DNA of 63,720 nt, counting the filler, from Psammoneis japonica (Eukaryota): the NCBI GenBank assembly GCA_008632985.1. It is 3 parts of 3 records of this genome, joined end to end, with 100 filler letters (N's around TTAATTAATTAA, not from the genome) between each part and the next. Parts side by side here need not be neighbours in the genome. Positions count along the whole stretch, not along the records: positions 44,211 to 63,720 come from QPGO01000458.1; 2 more parts are not named here. One strand, 5' to 3'. The position numbers and the translations under genes were made by a program. Numbering within the stretch: the stretch's first letter is position 1; each line of letters starts with the position of its first letter. A model generated the notes under the pieces. It was not told where the DNA came from and made no database searches. It saw nothing but the letters and a program-made list of their open reading frames with translations. Shown piece after piece: positions 49,701 through 62,449 of the stretch.

Positions 49701-50575
49701 TGATGTTTTCACCACGTTGCAGCACGGTGAAATTCAGAACAAATCATGCAAATCACGAGCGATTCGGCCAAATTCGAGCTAAAAAAGCAGCAAATGTTCC
49801 CCTAAATTGACAGTCATTTTTGTCAGAATCATCGCCTAATCTGCGCGACCCCATCAGCGAACACGGAAGGCGGACAGAGAGCGAGCAGAGTTTTCATCTG
49901 ATGACCCTGTTTAGGACATAAATGTCCTTAGACAAATGTGTGCTTTTATGAAGTACATTAAAAGTGACACTCGGACGTCTCAACGGCATGGGACACATGC
50001 AAACGGATGGATTTTGTATCATGCAGTTGTGTTGATGATGACATGACCGACAAAACGTTCTGCGAGCACATTGATGTCGTGACAATTCTGTTGTTTCCGT
50101 CCTGTTGCCAGCACCGCCGATTGGCACACCACGAGCTCACACTTCATCCGTTGAGTTTGGTTTCTGTCGTGTCGCTTTGTTGGCACCATTGCCACTTGCG
50201 AACGCAATGCCGTTTCCCAATCCATCTGGCGACGTTTACGATTGGGAATCATTTTTGGCGATGACATGGTCGTAGTTTTTGGTCGCGGGGTCACATTTTT
50301 GTCACCAAAATCGCTCTCACAAAATAAAATTCGTTGCAGCGGATGGTGATGAGAGGACAGCAGCAAGAAGATGAAATGCGCATGGGCAGTTGCTGTGATG
50401 CTGCCTTGCGTTGCGCAGGCTGGGACGAACGGTCATGTGCAAGAAACCCAAGATGCCCAACAGGTGCGTAACTGAAAATCATTCCCACATGCCGTCAAAC
50501 TCTCATTTTCTAACTCTGAACAAATTCTGAAATCCAAACTGTAACATTCTACGCAGACAATCGCCGAGAAAGTAT

Positions 50576-53500
50576 TTGGCATCTTCCGAAGGACCAACAA
50601 GCCTGACAGCAGTGGCAGAGGCATGCCACTTGAAGGACTCAAATGCTGGGACAGATGCGAATGCTCCCAACCATCTTTCGGGGCATGAAGCCGGCAAACG
50701 ACGATGCACGAAGACTCGACACACCAGTGCAGACGCATTGTGTTCCCTTCCCAGAACAGGACTTACTTGGAGACTTTGCCATCCTGAATTCCGCGGCGGA
50801 GCCGCCCGTTCAGTCGATGGTCTCGATCGCCATCACCGCACCAAATACAGAATTTGGCTTGATCACTTTGAAGATGGTTTTGACACGGATGCAACCATTC
50901 CAAATCAGGCTGCGACTCAAATTTGGGGTGACAATGATTGCTCGAATGGCTTCATCCAGATGTTGATAGCTGTTCCGATGGCGACGATGTCTTTGAGCCT
51001 GGAGATGCATTGTCATTCAAGAATCCATCATGACAAACGCAGACGGACAACAAGACACTAGCGCGTGCGCAGCTGGAATTAGTTCCGCATGCCAAGTTAA
51101 CGGAGGGGACAAGATCCAGTCTTCCTTTCCAATTGCAATGACGCGTGGAGGATGCAACGAGGGTGTTGGATCTCCAATGGCAGGTGCTGTTGAAGTTTAT
51201 GACACTGATCTGTGGGGGGGCATTTCATCGTGCCAGTTGGCGAAGATACCATTGACGCAGAAGACGAGCCATTTGAATGCACAGTCGTCTGTGTGACGGC
51301 GTCTCAGGACGGGACAGAAGTAATGCTAAACGGAGACTTGGTTGTCACATTGAATGAAGGCGAGAACCACGTCTTTCAACACGTAAACGAGAATGATCAG
51401 ATCACAGCGACCAAGCCTGTGCAGGCCGATCCAGCTGCCGGTGACATTGATGAGAGCTACGAGATGCAATGGTGTGCTCTTCTGCCGACAGAACTCTGGG
51501 CAAACCAGTGCCACACCCCCGTAGGAACTCAAATGGACCAGAGACGTGGAAGCATGAATAACACGGCTGTGTGGCTCTTCAACCCCTCCTCCGCCCCCCT
51601 TGAAGTTACACGCGAAAGAATCGTCTCAGGAACTGAGATCATTTCTTCCACCGTGTTGGCCGGCAGAGGGGCACGGTTGTCAACGCCATCCCTGCCGGCT
51701 CCGGAGCTAGGTTCAGCGCATCTGATAAGTTTTTCGGCTTGACTCAGACAGACTCGATAAGTGGTTCGCTGCGACATGACTGGGGACACCCCTTGTTGTC
51801 TGCGAACCAACTCACGTTTCAAGCACTGTTGGATGGGGCTTCGCTTGTACAAACAACGACTGCGGGACTAAATCGATGAAAAGCGTTGTGTGGGTGACAC
51901 CTTCCGCGGGATTCGACTGTGTGTGTCGACTGCGACGGGGATGGACTATTTGATAACTCTCACCCTGTTTCGGAGCTCCAGTCTGTCAGAATCTCCGACC
52001 CTGCCGATCAAGATGTGACCGGAGCGACAGCATTTGCTGCTACAGGCGGCCCTGACGACCCAACGGTGGACATCACGGTTGCTTGGGGTCAAGATCCTTT
52101 CGCGTCACATGGCTCTCAGACTTACTCGTTGGACCTTGGAACAACAGTGCCCCCGCCACCTATTCTTTCTGCTGGAAAAACTGCGTCGCTCCTTCACGAT
52201 GCTGACGGAGACAGAAAGGTTGGTTCAGGTGACACTATCTTGTACTCAATTCGAGTCACGAATACTGGAAGAGCCGATGCGCCAAAAAGTGGCTGGAATG
52301 TGATCGACTTCTATCAGCCAATGCTGGATGCCGGAGAGTGCGTGACAGGGACCACCATGTGCAATGATGGAACTGAAATGATCCCCATCCCAGATGACGA
52401 ATCTGGCACTCCTTTCCCTCTTGACGGCGAAGGTCTGGCCAGTCCGTCGACTTTGACTGCGGGAGGGGCACACGAAGTCACATTCGAAGTTGCCATAAAG
52501 CAAAACATTGATGATTTGGAAGCAGGGGTCGATCGAATTTCCAATGCTGGAGAGATCAACGGAAACAAATCCAATCAGTTTCAAACTGCGATGCTTCTTC
52601 ATTTTCATCCCGACGTTGAGATCCAAAAACAGTTTTGGAAGGAGAACGTGACGGCGGTGACTGTCCTGGGTCAGAATCTTTGGAAATCAAGAGAGGCGAT
52701 CCAGTGACATGCTGCCACCACGTGATCAACACGGGAAACACCTGGTTGAGTGGGGTCAAGTCTCAGATGCTGTTGTAAGCCCTGAATTTTCCGAACCACT
52801 GCCGATGGCCTTAAGTCCCGGAAGCTCTCAAATGCTTGCCTTTCCAACCAACATTGATGGCAGTCAATTCAGTGCGGCTACAGTGTCAGGGATCGCCACC
52901 TGCAAAGACGGAGAAACGGTCATTCGTCGATTCCAGGCCCCTGTCACATCTACAGATGCCGCCGGTGTTGATGCACTCTTTGCGCCAATGGCAAATGATG
53001 ACAGCTACACTGCCACTGAAGAGACCCCAATCCAAGCTGCTTCCCCAGGTGTTCTTTTGAATGACAGTGATGCAAACAATGACGTTTTGACGGTGACTCT
53101 ATTGACGAATCCAGCTCATGGATCTCTTTTACAAAATGCAGACGGCAGCTTCACACACACACCAGAAAAGGACTTCAATGGATCGGATTCCCACACATAC
53201 AAGGCCTGTGACCACATTGGTCTATGCGATGAAGCGAAAGTCACGATCGACGTCACTGGAGTGAACGATCCACCATTGGCTGTTGACGACTCAATCACGA
53301 CAAAAGAGGACACTCCCGTGATGATCGATGCCAGACCCAACGATGGTGACGTTGACGGCAACATGGACTCGACTAGTGCCACGATACATTCTCAGCCAGC
53401 TAACGGAGTGGCCGTTAGGAATGAAGATTGCACCTTCACTTACACACCGGAATCCAACTTCCATGGAACCGATTCATTTGAGTACATCATTTGTGATTCT

Positions 53501-56500
53501 GAAGACGAGTGTACAAAAGCAACCGTGTTTGTCACAGTCATCGGTGTGAACGACGCACCTGCCACAATGGACGACACCACCAACACTTTGGAAGACACTC
53601 CTGTCACAGTTGACGTTGCAGAAAATGACATCGACATTGAAGGTGACCTAGACCCCAGTACAGCCGAGGTTCTTTCGCCACCATCCAATGGACAAGTGGT
53701 CAACAACGGCGACGGTACTTTCATGCACACTCCTGCTCCAGACTTCAACGGCGACGATTCTTTCGCGTACAAAGTGTGCGACATTAGCGGAGCATGTGCT
53801 TCGGCCACCGTCAATGTCACTGTTGTCGGCGTGAACGACGCACCTGTCGCTACAGGCGACACCACCAACACTTTAGAAGACACTCCTGTCACAGTCGACG
53901 TCGCAGAAAATGATCTCGACATTGACGGTGACCTAGACCCCAATGCAGCTGAGGTTCTTTCACCACCATCCAACGGACAAGTGGTCAACAACGGCGACGG
54001 TACTTTCACGCACACCCTGCTCCAGACTTCAATGGCGACGATTCCTTCACATACAAAGTGTGCGACATTGGCGGAGCCTGTGCCTCGGCCACCGTCAACA
54101 TCACTGTAGTCGGCGTGAACGACGCACCTGACGCTTTGGACGATGCCGTGACTGCGCCGGAGGAGACGCCAATTACGATCGTCGCCGCAGAAAATGATCT
54201 CGACATTGACGGTGACATTGACACCAACACAGCTGAGGTTCATTCGCCACCATCCAACGGACAAGTGGTCAAAAACGGCGATGGCACATTTACACACACT
54301 CCCGAAAGAGACTTCAATGGCGACGACACCTTTGGCTACAAGATCTGCGACACCAGCGGAGCTTGTGACACGGCTGTCGTCATCATTGCTGTTGTCGGTG
54401 TGAATGATGCACCTGCCGCTAAGGACGACAACACCAATGCTTTTGAAGACACTCCTGTCACAGTCGACGCCGCAGAAAATGATCTCGATGTTGACGGTGA
54501 CCTCGATCCTAGTGCAGCTGAGCTTCTCTCTACACCGTCAAACGGACAAGTGGTCAACAACGGCGACGGTACCTTCACGTACACTCCGGTGCCAGACTTC
54601 AACGGCAACGATTCTTTCACCTACAAAGTGTGCGACATTGGCGGAGCTTGTGATGCGGCTGCCGTCACCATTGCTGTTGTCGGTGTGAACGACGCACCTG
54701 ACGCTGTGGACGACACCACCAACACTTTCGAAGACACTCCTGTCACAGTCGACGTTGCAGATGATGATCTCGACATTGACGGTGACCTTGACCCCAGCAC
54801 AGCTGAGGCTCTTTCACCACCATCCAATGGACAAGTGGTTGACAACGGCGATGGCACTTTCATGTACACTCCTGCTCCAGACTTCAACGGCGACGATTCT
54901 TTCACTTACAAAGTGTGCGACAATGGCGGAGCATGTGCTTCGGCCACCGTCAATGTCACTGTCGTCGGCGTGAACGACGCACCTGACGCTTTGGACGATG
55001 CCGTGACAACGCCGGAGGAGACACCAATTACGATCGTCGCCGCAGATGATGACCTCGATGTTGACGGTGATGTTGACCCCAGTACAGCAACTGTTATTTC
55101 GCCGCCATCCAACGGACAAGTGGTCAACAACGGTGATGGCACTTTCACTTACACTCCAGAAAAAGATTTCAACGGCGACGATTCCTTCAGCTACGACATC
55201 TGTGACATTTCCGGAGCTTGTGCTGCGGTTGTCGTCACCATTGACGTCGCAGGTGTCAACGATGCCCCAGACGCCTTGGACGATGCTGTTAGCACTCCAG
55301 AAGAAACGCCAATCACAGTCAATGCCCAGAAAAACGACCTCGATGTTGACGGTGACCTAGACCCTAGTGCAGCGGAGGTTGTCTCTCCACCATCCAATGG
55401 ACAAGTGGTCAACAACGGCGACGGAACCTTCACTTACACCCCCGAACAAGACTTCAACGGCGACGATGCTTTCAGCTACAAGATCTGCGACACTAGCGGA
55501 GCTTGTGATGTGGCCACTGTGATCATTGCTGTGGTCGGTGTAAACGACGCGCCTGTCGCATTGGACGACACCGCCGACACTTTCGAAGACACTCCCGTGA
55601 CAATCGACGTGGCAGAAAATGATCTCGACATTGACGGTGACCTAGACCCCGGCACAACTGAGGTTGTCTCTCCACCATCAAACGGACAAGTGGTTGACAA
55701 CGGCGACGGCACTTTCACGTACACTCCGGCACCTGACTTCCACGGAGAAGATTCCTTCACGTACGAAGTGTGCGACATTAGCGGAGCCTGTGCTACGGCT
55801 GCCGTCTCGATTTCTGTTGTCGGTGTGAACGACGCACCTGTCGCAATGGACGACACCACCAAAACTTTCGAAGACACTCCTGTCACAGTCGACGTTGCAG
55901 AAAATGATGTCGACATTGACGGTGACCTAGACCCCAGTACAGCCGAGGTTCTTTCACCACCATCCAACGGACAAGTGGTCAACAACGGCGACGGTACTTT
56001 CACGTACACTCCTGCTCCAGACTTCAACGGCGACGATTCTTTCACGTACAAAGTGTGCGACATTAGCGGAGCATGTGCTTCGGCCACCGTCAATGTCACT
56101 GTTGTGGGCGTGAACAACGCACCTGTCGCTATAGAAGACACCACCAACACTTTAGAAGACACTCCTGTCACAGTCGACGTCGCAGAAAATGATCTCGACA
56201 TTGACGGTGACCTAGACCCCAGTGCAGCTGAGGTTCTTTCACCACCATCCAACAGACAAGTGGTCAACAAGGGCGACGGTACTTTCACGTACACCCCTGC
56301 TCCAGACTTCAACGGCGACGATTCTTTCACGTACAAAGTGTGCGACATTAACGGAGCATGTGCTTCGGCCACCGTCAATGTCACTGTTGTCGGCGTGAAC
56401 GATGCACCTGACGCTTTGGACGACGCCGTGACTGCGCCGGAGGAGACGCCAATTGCGATCGTCGCCGCAGACAATGACCACGATGTTGACGGCAACATTG

Positions 56501-59500
56501 ACACCAGCACAGCAGCCGTTGTCGCAGAGCCATCCAAGGGATTTTTGGCAAACAACGGCGATGGCACCTTCACATGCACTCCCGAAAGAGATTTCAACGG
56601 CGACGACACCTTTGGTTACAAGATCTGCGACACCAGCGGAGCTTGTGACATGGCTGTCATCATCATTGCTGTTGTCGGTGTGAATGACGCACCTGCCGCT
56701 AAGGACGACACCACCAATGCTTTCGAAGACACTCCTGTCACAGTCGACGCCGCAGAAAATGATGTCGACATTGACGGTGACCTCGATCCTAGTGCAGCTG
56801 AGCTTCTCTCTACACCGTCAAACGGAAAAGTGGTCAGCAACGGTGACGGTACCTTCACGCACACTCCGGTGCCAGACTTCAACGGTGACGATTCCTTCAC
56901 CTACAAAGTGTGCGACATTGGCGGAGCTTGTGATGCGGCTGCCGTCACCATCACTGTTGTTGGTGTGAACGACGCACCTGCCGCTGTGGACGACACCACC
57001 AACACTTTCGAAGACACTCCTGTCACATTCGACGTCGCAGAAAATGATCTCGACATTGACGGTGACCTCGACCCCAGTGCAGCTGAGGTTCTTTCGCCAC
57101 CATCCAACGGACAAGTGGTCAACAACGGCGACGGTACTTTCATGTGCACTCCTGCTCCAGACTTCAACGGCGACGATTCTTTCACGTACAAAGTGTGCGA
57201 CATTAGCGGAGCATGTGCTTCGGCCACCGTCAACATCACTGTTGTCGGCGTGAACGACGCACCTGACGCTTTGGACGATGCCGTGACTGCGCCGGAGGAG
57301 ACGCCAATTACGATCGTCGCTGCAGATGATGACCTCGATGTTGACGGTGATGTTGACCCCAGTGCAGCAACTGTTGTCGTGGAGCCATCCAATGGACAAG
57401 TGGTCAACAACGGTGATGGCACTTTCACTTGCACTCCAGAAAAAGATTTCAACGGCGACGATTCCTTCAGCTATGACATCTGTGACATTTCCGGAGCTTG
57501 TGCTGCAGCCATTGTCACCATTGACGTTGTTGGCATAAACCAAGCCCCAGAGGCCTTGGACGATGCTGCCAGTGCTCCAGAAGAAACGCCAATCACAATC
57601 GATGCCCAGAAAAATGACCTCGACATTGACGCTGACCTCGACCCGAGCACAGCGGAGGTTGTCTCTCCACCATCCAACGGACACGTGGTGAACAATGGCG
57701 ACGGAATCTTCACTTGCACCCCCGAAAAGGACTTCAACGGCGACAACACTTTCAGCTACAAGATCTGCGACAGTGGCGGAGCTTGTGACATGGCTGCCGT
57801 GATGATTGCTGTGGTCGGTGTGAACGACGCGCCTGTCGCATTGGACGACACCACCAACACTTTCGAAGACACTCCCGCGACAATCGATGCCGCAGAAAAT
57901 GATCTCGACATTGACGGGTGACCTAGACCCCGGCACAGCCGAGGTTCTTTTCTCCACCACCAAATGGACAAGTGATCAACAACGGCGACGGCACTTTCAC
58001 GTACACTCCGGCACCTGACTTCCACTTAGACGATTCCTTCACGCATGAAGTGTGCGACATTGGCGGAGCCTGTGCTGCGGCTGCCGTCTCAATTGCTGTT
58101 GTCAGCGTGAACGACGCACCTGTCGCTGTGGACGACACCACCAACACTTTAGAAGACACTCCTGTCACAGCAGAGAAAATGATCTCGACATTGACGGTGA
58201 CCTCGAACCCAGTGCAGCTGAGGTTCTTTCGCCGCCATCCAACGGACAAGTGGTCAACAACGGCGACGGAACCTTCACTTGCACTCCCGAAAGAGACTTC
58301 AATGGCGACGATGCCTTTGGCTACAAGATCTGCGACACCAGCGGAGCTTGTGATGCGGCTGTCGTCATCATTGCTGTTGTCGGTGTGAATGATGCACCTG
58401 CCGCTAAGGACGACACCACCAACACTTTCGAAGACACTCCAGTCACAGTCGACGCCACAGAAAATGATCTCGATGTTGACGGTGACCTCGATCCCAGTGC
58501 AGCTGAGCTTCTCTCTACACCGTCAAACGGACAAGTGGTCAACAACGGCGACGGTGCCTTCACGCACACTCCGGTGCCAGACTTCAACGGCGACGATTCT
58601 TTCACCTACAAAGTGTGCGACATCAGCGGAGCTTGTGGTGCGGCTGCCGTCACCATTGCTGTTGTCGGTGTCAACGACGAACCTGTCGCACTGGATGACA
58701 CCACCAACACTTTCGAAGACACTCCTGTCACATGTGATGCAGCGGAAAACGACCTCAATGTTGACGGCGACCTCAACCCGAGTGCAGCGGAGGTTGTCTC
58801 TCCACCATCAAACGGACAAGTGGTCAACAATGGCGACGGAACCTTCACCCACACTCCGGCACCAGACTTCAATGGGGATGATTCCTTCACGCACACAGTG
58901 TGCGACACCAGCGGAGCTTGTGCTGCGGCTGTTGTCGCGATTGCTGTTGTCGGTGTGAACGACGCACCTGACGCTTTGGACGACGCCATCAACACTTTCG
59001 AAGACACTCCTGTCACAGTCGACGTCGCAGAGAATGATCTCGACATTGACGGCGACCTTGACCCGACGACAGCAATTGTTGTTTCGGAACCGGCAAACGG
59101 TGAGGTGGTCAACAATGGAGACGGAACCTTCACGTACACTCCAGACGGCGACTTCCACGGTGCAGATACCTTCACTTGCCAAGCATGTGACACTGGCCAA
59201 ACATGCGCAATGGCAACGGTCAACATTGTTGTTGGCGGTGTCAATGACGCGCCAGTCGCTGTTGCGGATGCAGTGACAACCCCCGAGGACACTTCGGCAC
59301 AAGTCAACGCCATGGCCAATGACCTTGATGTTGATGGCGATCTCAACCCAACTACGGCAACGATTGCTGCGCCGCCTGCGAGCGGTGAGGTTGTCAACAA
59401 CAGTGATGGAACCTTTGCGTGTGCTCCCGAGCCAGACTTCAATGGCAAAGATGCCTTCAGTTGCCGTGTGTGTGACAGCAATGATGAATGTGCGACAGCT

Positions 59501-60748
59501 GCCGCAACGATTGTTGTCGAGCCTGTCAATGACCCTCCCGCAGCACAGAATGACAATTTCGTCATGGAGGAAGACGCTGCACTCGACATTTTGATTGGCG
59601 CAATCTTGGAAAATGACAGTGACACGGATGACAACCTCGAGCCAGCCTCGTTCACTCTTACGTCAAATGCGACGAACGGAGCTGTTGTGAATCAAGGAGA
59701 CGGAACACTCCAGTGCACTCCCAACCCCAACTTCAATGGAGTTGACCAATTCCCATGCACCATCTGCGACACGGCTGGTCGCTGTGATGATGCCATTGTT
59801 GCAATCACAGTGAACTCTATCCTAGACCCACCTGCTGCCCAGGACCTTGGATTTGTCATTGCTCAGGATACAGAGTTGTTTCTTCCCGACAGGGCTGGAA
59901 TTAAGCAACCTCATTCATGCGAGAACGGCACCTTTGGATGCGCCAACGGTTCGAGCGCTGGTGTTTCCGACCCGGACTCGCCACTCGACGAGTTGATCAT
60001 TGCCCTGAAGGATCAGAAGAGTCAGTTTGGTGGGGATGCTGATGCCACAGCCAATGGCGAATTTGCGTGTGAACCCGCGCAAGGCTTTGCCGGCATGGAT
60101 TACGCGGAGCATTCGGTTTGTGATCTCGACAATGTGTGTGACACCGGAATGATTGAGATTACGGTCATGCCAGCAACCGAGCGTGATGTTTCCGTTTGCT
60201 GGGGAGACTGGACTCAGGTGGAGTGCGACTCGGAAGAATCCATTGTCGGTCACTTTTACGTCTCAAATGATTCGGCTGGAGACAGTGTTCAGATTCAATC
60301 CTTTTCTATCGCGTTCGAGTACCTGATCAGCGGTGGAACACGAGGTACCAGCACTTGGGCGCCATTTGAAGTGGTTGGCTGCGTTTTTGACGAAACCACC
60401 AGGACCATGCTTTGCTCGAACGACTTGGTTGTCGAATTTGAACAGTGTGAAGCGAACGAATGCATCCCACCAGGCACAGAGATTCGTGCCACGGTCTCGG
60501 TTGATATTTTCGGTAGCATGTCGAATGACCCAATCAAGACGGCCCTCTCGGATAGCAAATCTGCCGTGAAGGGTGTGTTCCGTGATCCAAAGGAACCGGA
60601 CGGTCGTGTCACCCAAGGCAGATGCTCGGATGCTCCCGACGCTCCCTCTCGTGGCAAAGGCTGTAAAGGTGGAAAGTATAATTCTCCCACCCCGGCACCT
60701 ACCCGCGGAAAGGGCGGAAAAGGAAATCGAACAAGAGCTCGCAAGTAA
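50576..60748 (+). pseudogene. Giant secreted adhesin-like protein: N-terminal bacterial-type domains (DUF11-like), ~25 tandem 95-aa Ig/cadherin-like (Big_9/tandem-95) repeats, basic GKGGKG tail; many frameshifts
   Basis: Repeat consensus VNDAPxAxDD...EDTPVTVDVAENDxDxDGDLDP...PSNGQVVNNGDGTFTYTPxxDFNGDDSFTYKVCD. DUF11-like LSAGKTA..DADGDRKVGSGDTILYSIRVTNTG. Frameshifts near 54015, 57918, 58170 and several upstream. True start not located. Confidence 0.8.
52990..60170 (+). repeat. 285-bp coding tandem repeat (~25 units) with 2280-bp higher-order periodicity
   Basis: Diagnostic unit variants recur at +2280: 54121/56401, 54421/56701, 55021/57301, 55561/57841. Confidence 0.93.
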
Positions 60749-61323
60749 GATATCCCTAGCTTTTGTCGGATTTGCACCAACATAACTTTAGAGAGAAGTA
60801 TATAAAAGCATAGGCCTTTACATACAAGTCGACATGAACATCCCAACCATAGTAGCTTATTGTGATTTGTCAGTTTTCAGATGAGCTTTGGTGGGCGCGT
60901 GCTTATAGCGCTCCTGCGTGGAAACCGGTGCGTGATTGCTCTACATTGTTGAAAACAGTTGTGGAGTCCTCAACATCAATAGCTCAGACAAATCAGAAAG
61001 AATCCCGGTTCTTGCAGCCCATTACAAAAAGGTCGAGTGACAGAAACTCAAGGATAGAACCATGCGACAGCGTGCCGACTCTGGTGTACTCAGGACAGTT
61101 GTTGTGAGTAGCGAGGCAAAGCGAATCTGGAATCCGAAAGGAGATACAATCGAGTGCTCATGAGCAAACGTTTCGATCAGCGCTTTCAAACCCACCGGAA
61201 CGATCTGAGCCATACGGAGTATCAGGAGAGTCCCAACCTGTGAATTTACCGCCCGTTCAGATAAGCAGACCGACTCGGAACGAAGCTGTCATGGAGTCCG
61301 TCCAACACAGGTGACACATACGA

Positions 61324-61632
61324 ATGCCGGAACCTCCCCCAAGTCAAGAAAGTAGCAGCAAGAAAAGAAAAGCTTCCGCTCGTCAGGCGCAGTGCTGTTT
61401 CCGTTGTGGTGGGAAGCGAAAGGGAGAGCACCACAGTAGACGGGCCAAGCCAAACACCGCTGAGTACTGCACTGTGCCGGATGCCAACAGGGTACCACAC
61501 TGGGAGGTGCCACATGGATACAGCATTGGAGATGACACGAAAGAGATAGGAACTCACACCATGCAACGCAGGTGGAAAAAGATTCGAATGAAGAAGGGCG
61601 TTGCAGTCGACCCCGAGTTCCCGAATTGGTGA
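61324..61632 (+). pseudogene. Gene fragment with a CxxC..H..C zinc-knuckle-like C-terminus (possibly transposon-derived)
   Basis: RQAQCCFRCGGKRKGEHHSRRAKPNTAEYCTVP; upstream coding-like sequence (60860-61320) is broken by stops. Confidence 0.3.
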
Positions 61633-62449
61633 TGGAGAACTCATCAACGATAAATATAGCCCTGTCATCACCATAGTTTGTTCTCCCCATTTCCCCTCTT
61701 TTCGGCATTGCAATGGATCCCGAGTCGCAAGAGTTGCAGTAGTCGCAACAGTTGCAGCAGCAGCAGTACTTGCGTGCCCTATAGAACACGCTGTTAATGA
61801 CCGAAGTCAGAAACAATGCCACAGAGATGAGCTCTCTAGGACAAAAGTAACAAAAGCAACGCAACAAAATCACGAGTAACTACTCCAACGCCGCCGACTC
61901 CCGACTCCCATGCTACATAGCTGCTACAGAGCCACCTGCTCTTGTAGATTGCCACCAATCGCGCATCAACAGCGCTAGCGGCACCACCATGCTCCAAAAT
62001 GCCAATGCCCCTTGAAAGAACATTCCAAATACGTTTATGCTGACTATAACACCGCCTTCAAACGCCGACTACGTCAAGCAACGCCGGTCTTGCAGATGCC
62101 AGTATGGAGTGTGGCAGCGGCGGCAAAGTGAAACAACGGCGCTCTCGAGGGTTTTTTTTTTTTTTTTGCGCCATCAGAAGGAGTTTTAGTCATTACTCTT
62201 TTTAACAAGAAAAGGTTCTGTACTCGTCAATCTGTCGAGCACAAACAGAAATTGAAACGCGCAAGCTGTGAGAATGGATCACCAAAAGCAGCAATGTTAA
62301 CAGAAGGGAGTTTTTATCCATTTTTGGATTTTCTCTTGCCTCTCTTTTAGTGCATACACTTATCAGAGAAAAATATAGAATGTTATGCATTCAAATTTGT
62401 TGTGGTAAAAGGTTTGGCAACAACATCGAGCAGCGGCTGTTGCTGCCGC

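Noticed and set aside
54336..59655. Repeating antisense ORFs in the 285-bp array
   Set aside because: Shadow ORFs of the repetitive plus-strand coding sequence, helped by TA depletion.
62152..62167. T16 run as a retrotransposon poly(A) tail
   Set aside because: No target-site duplication or retroelement body identifiable next to it.
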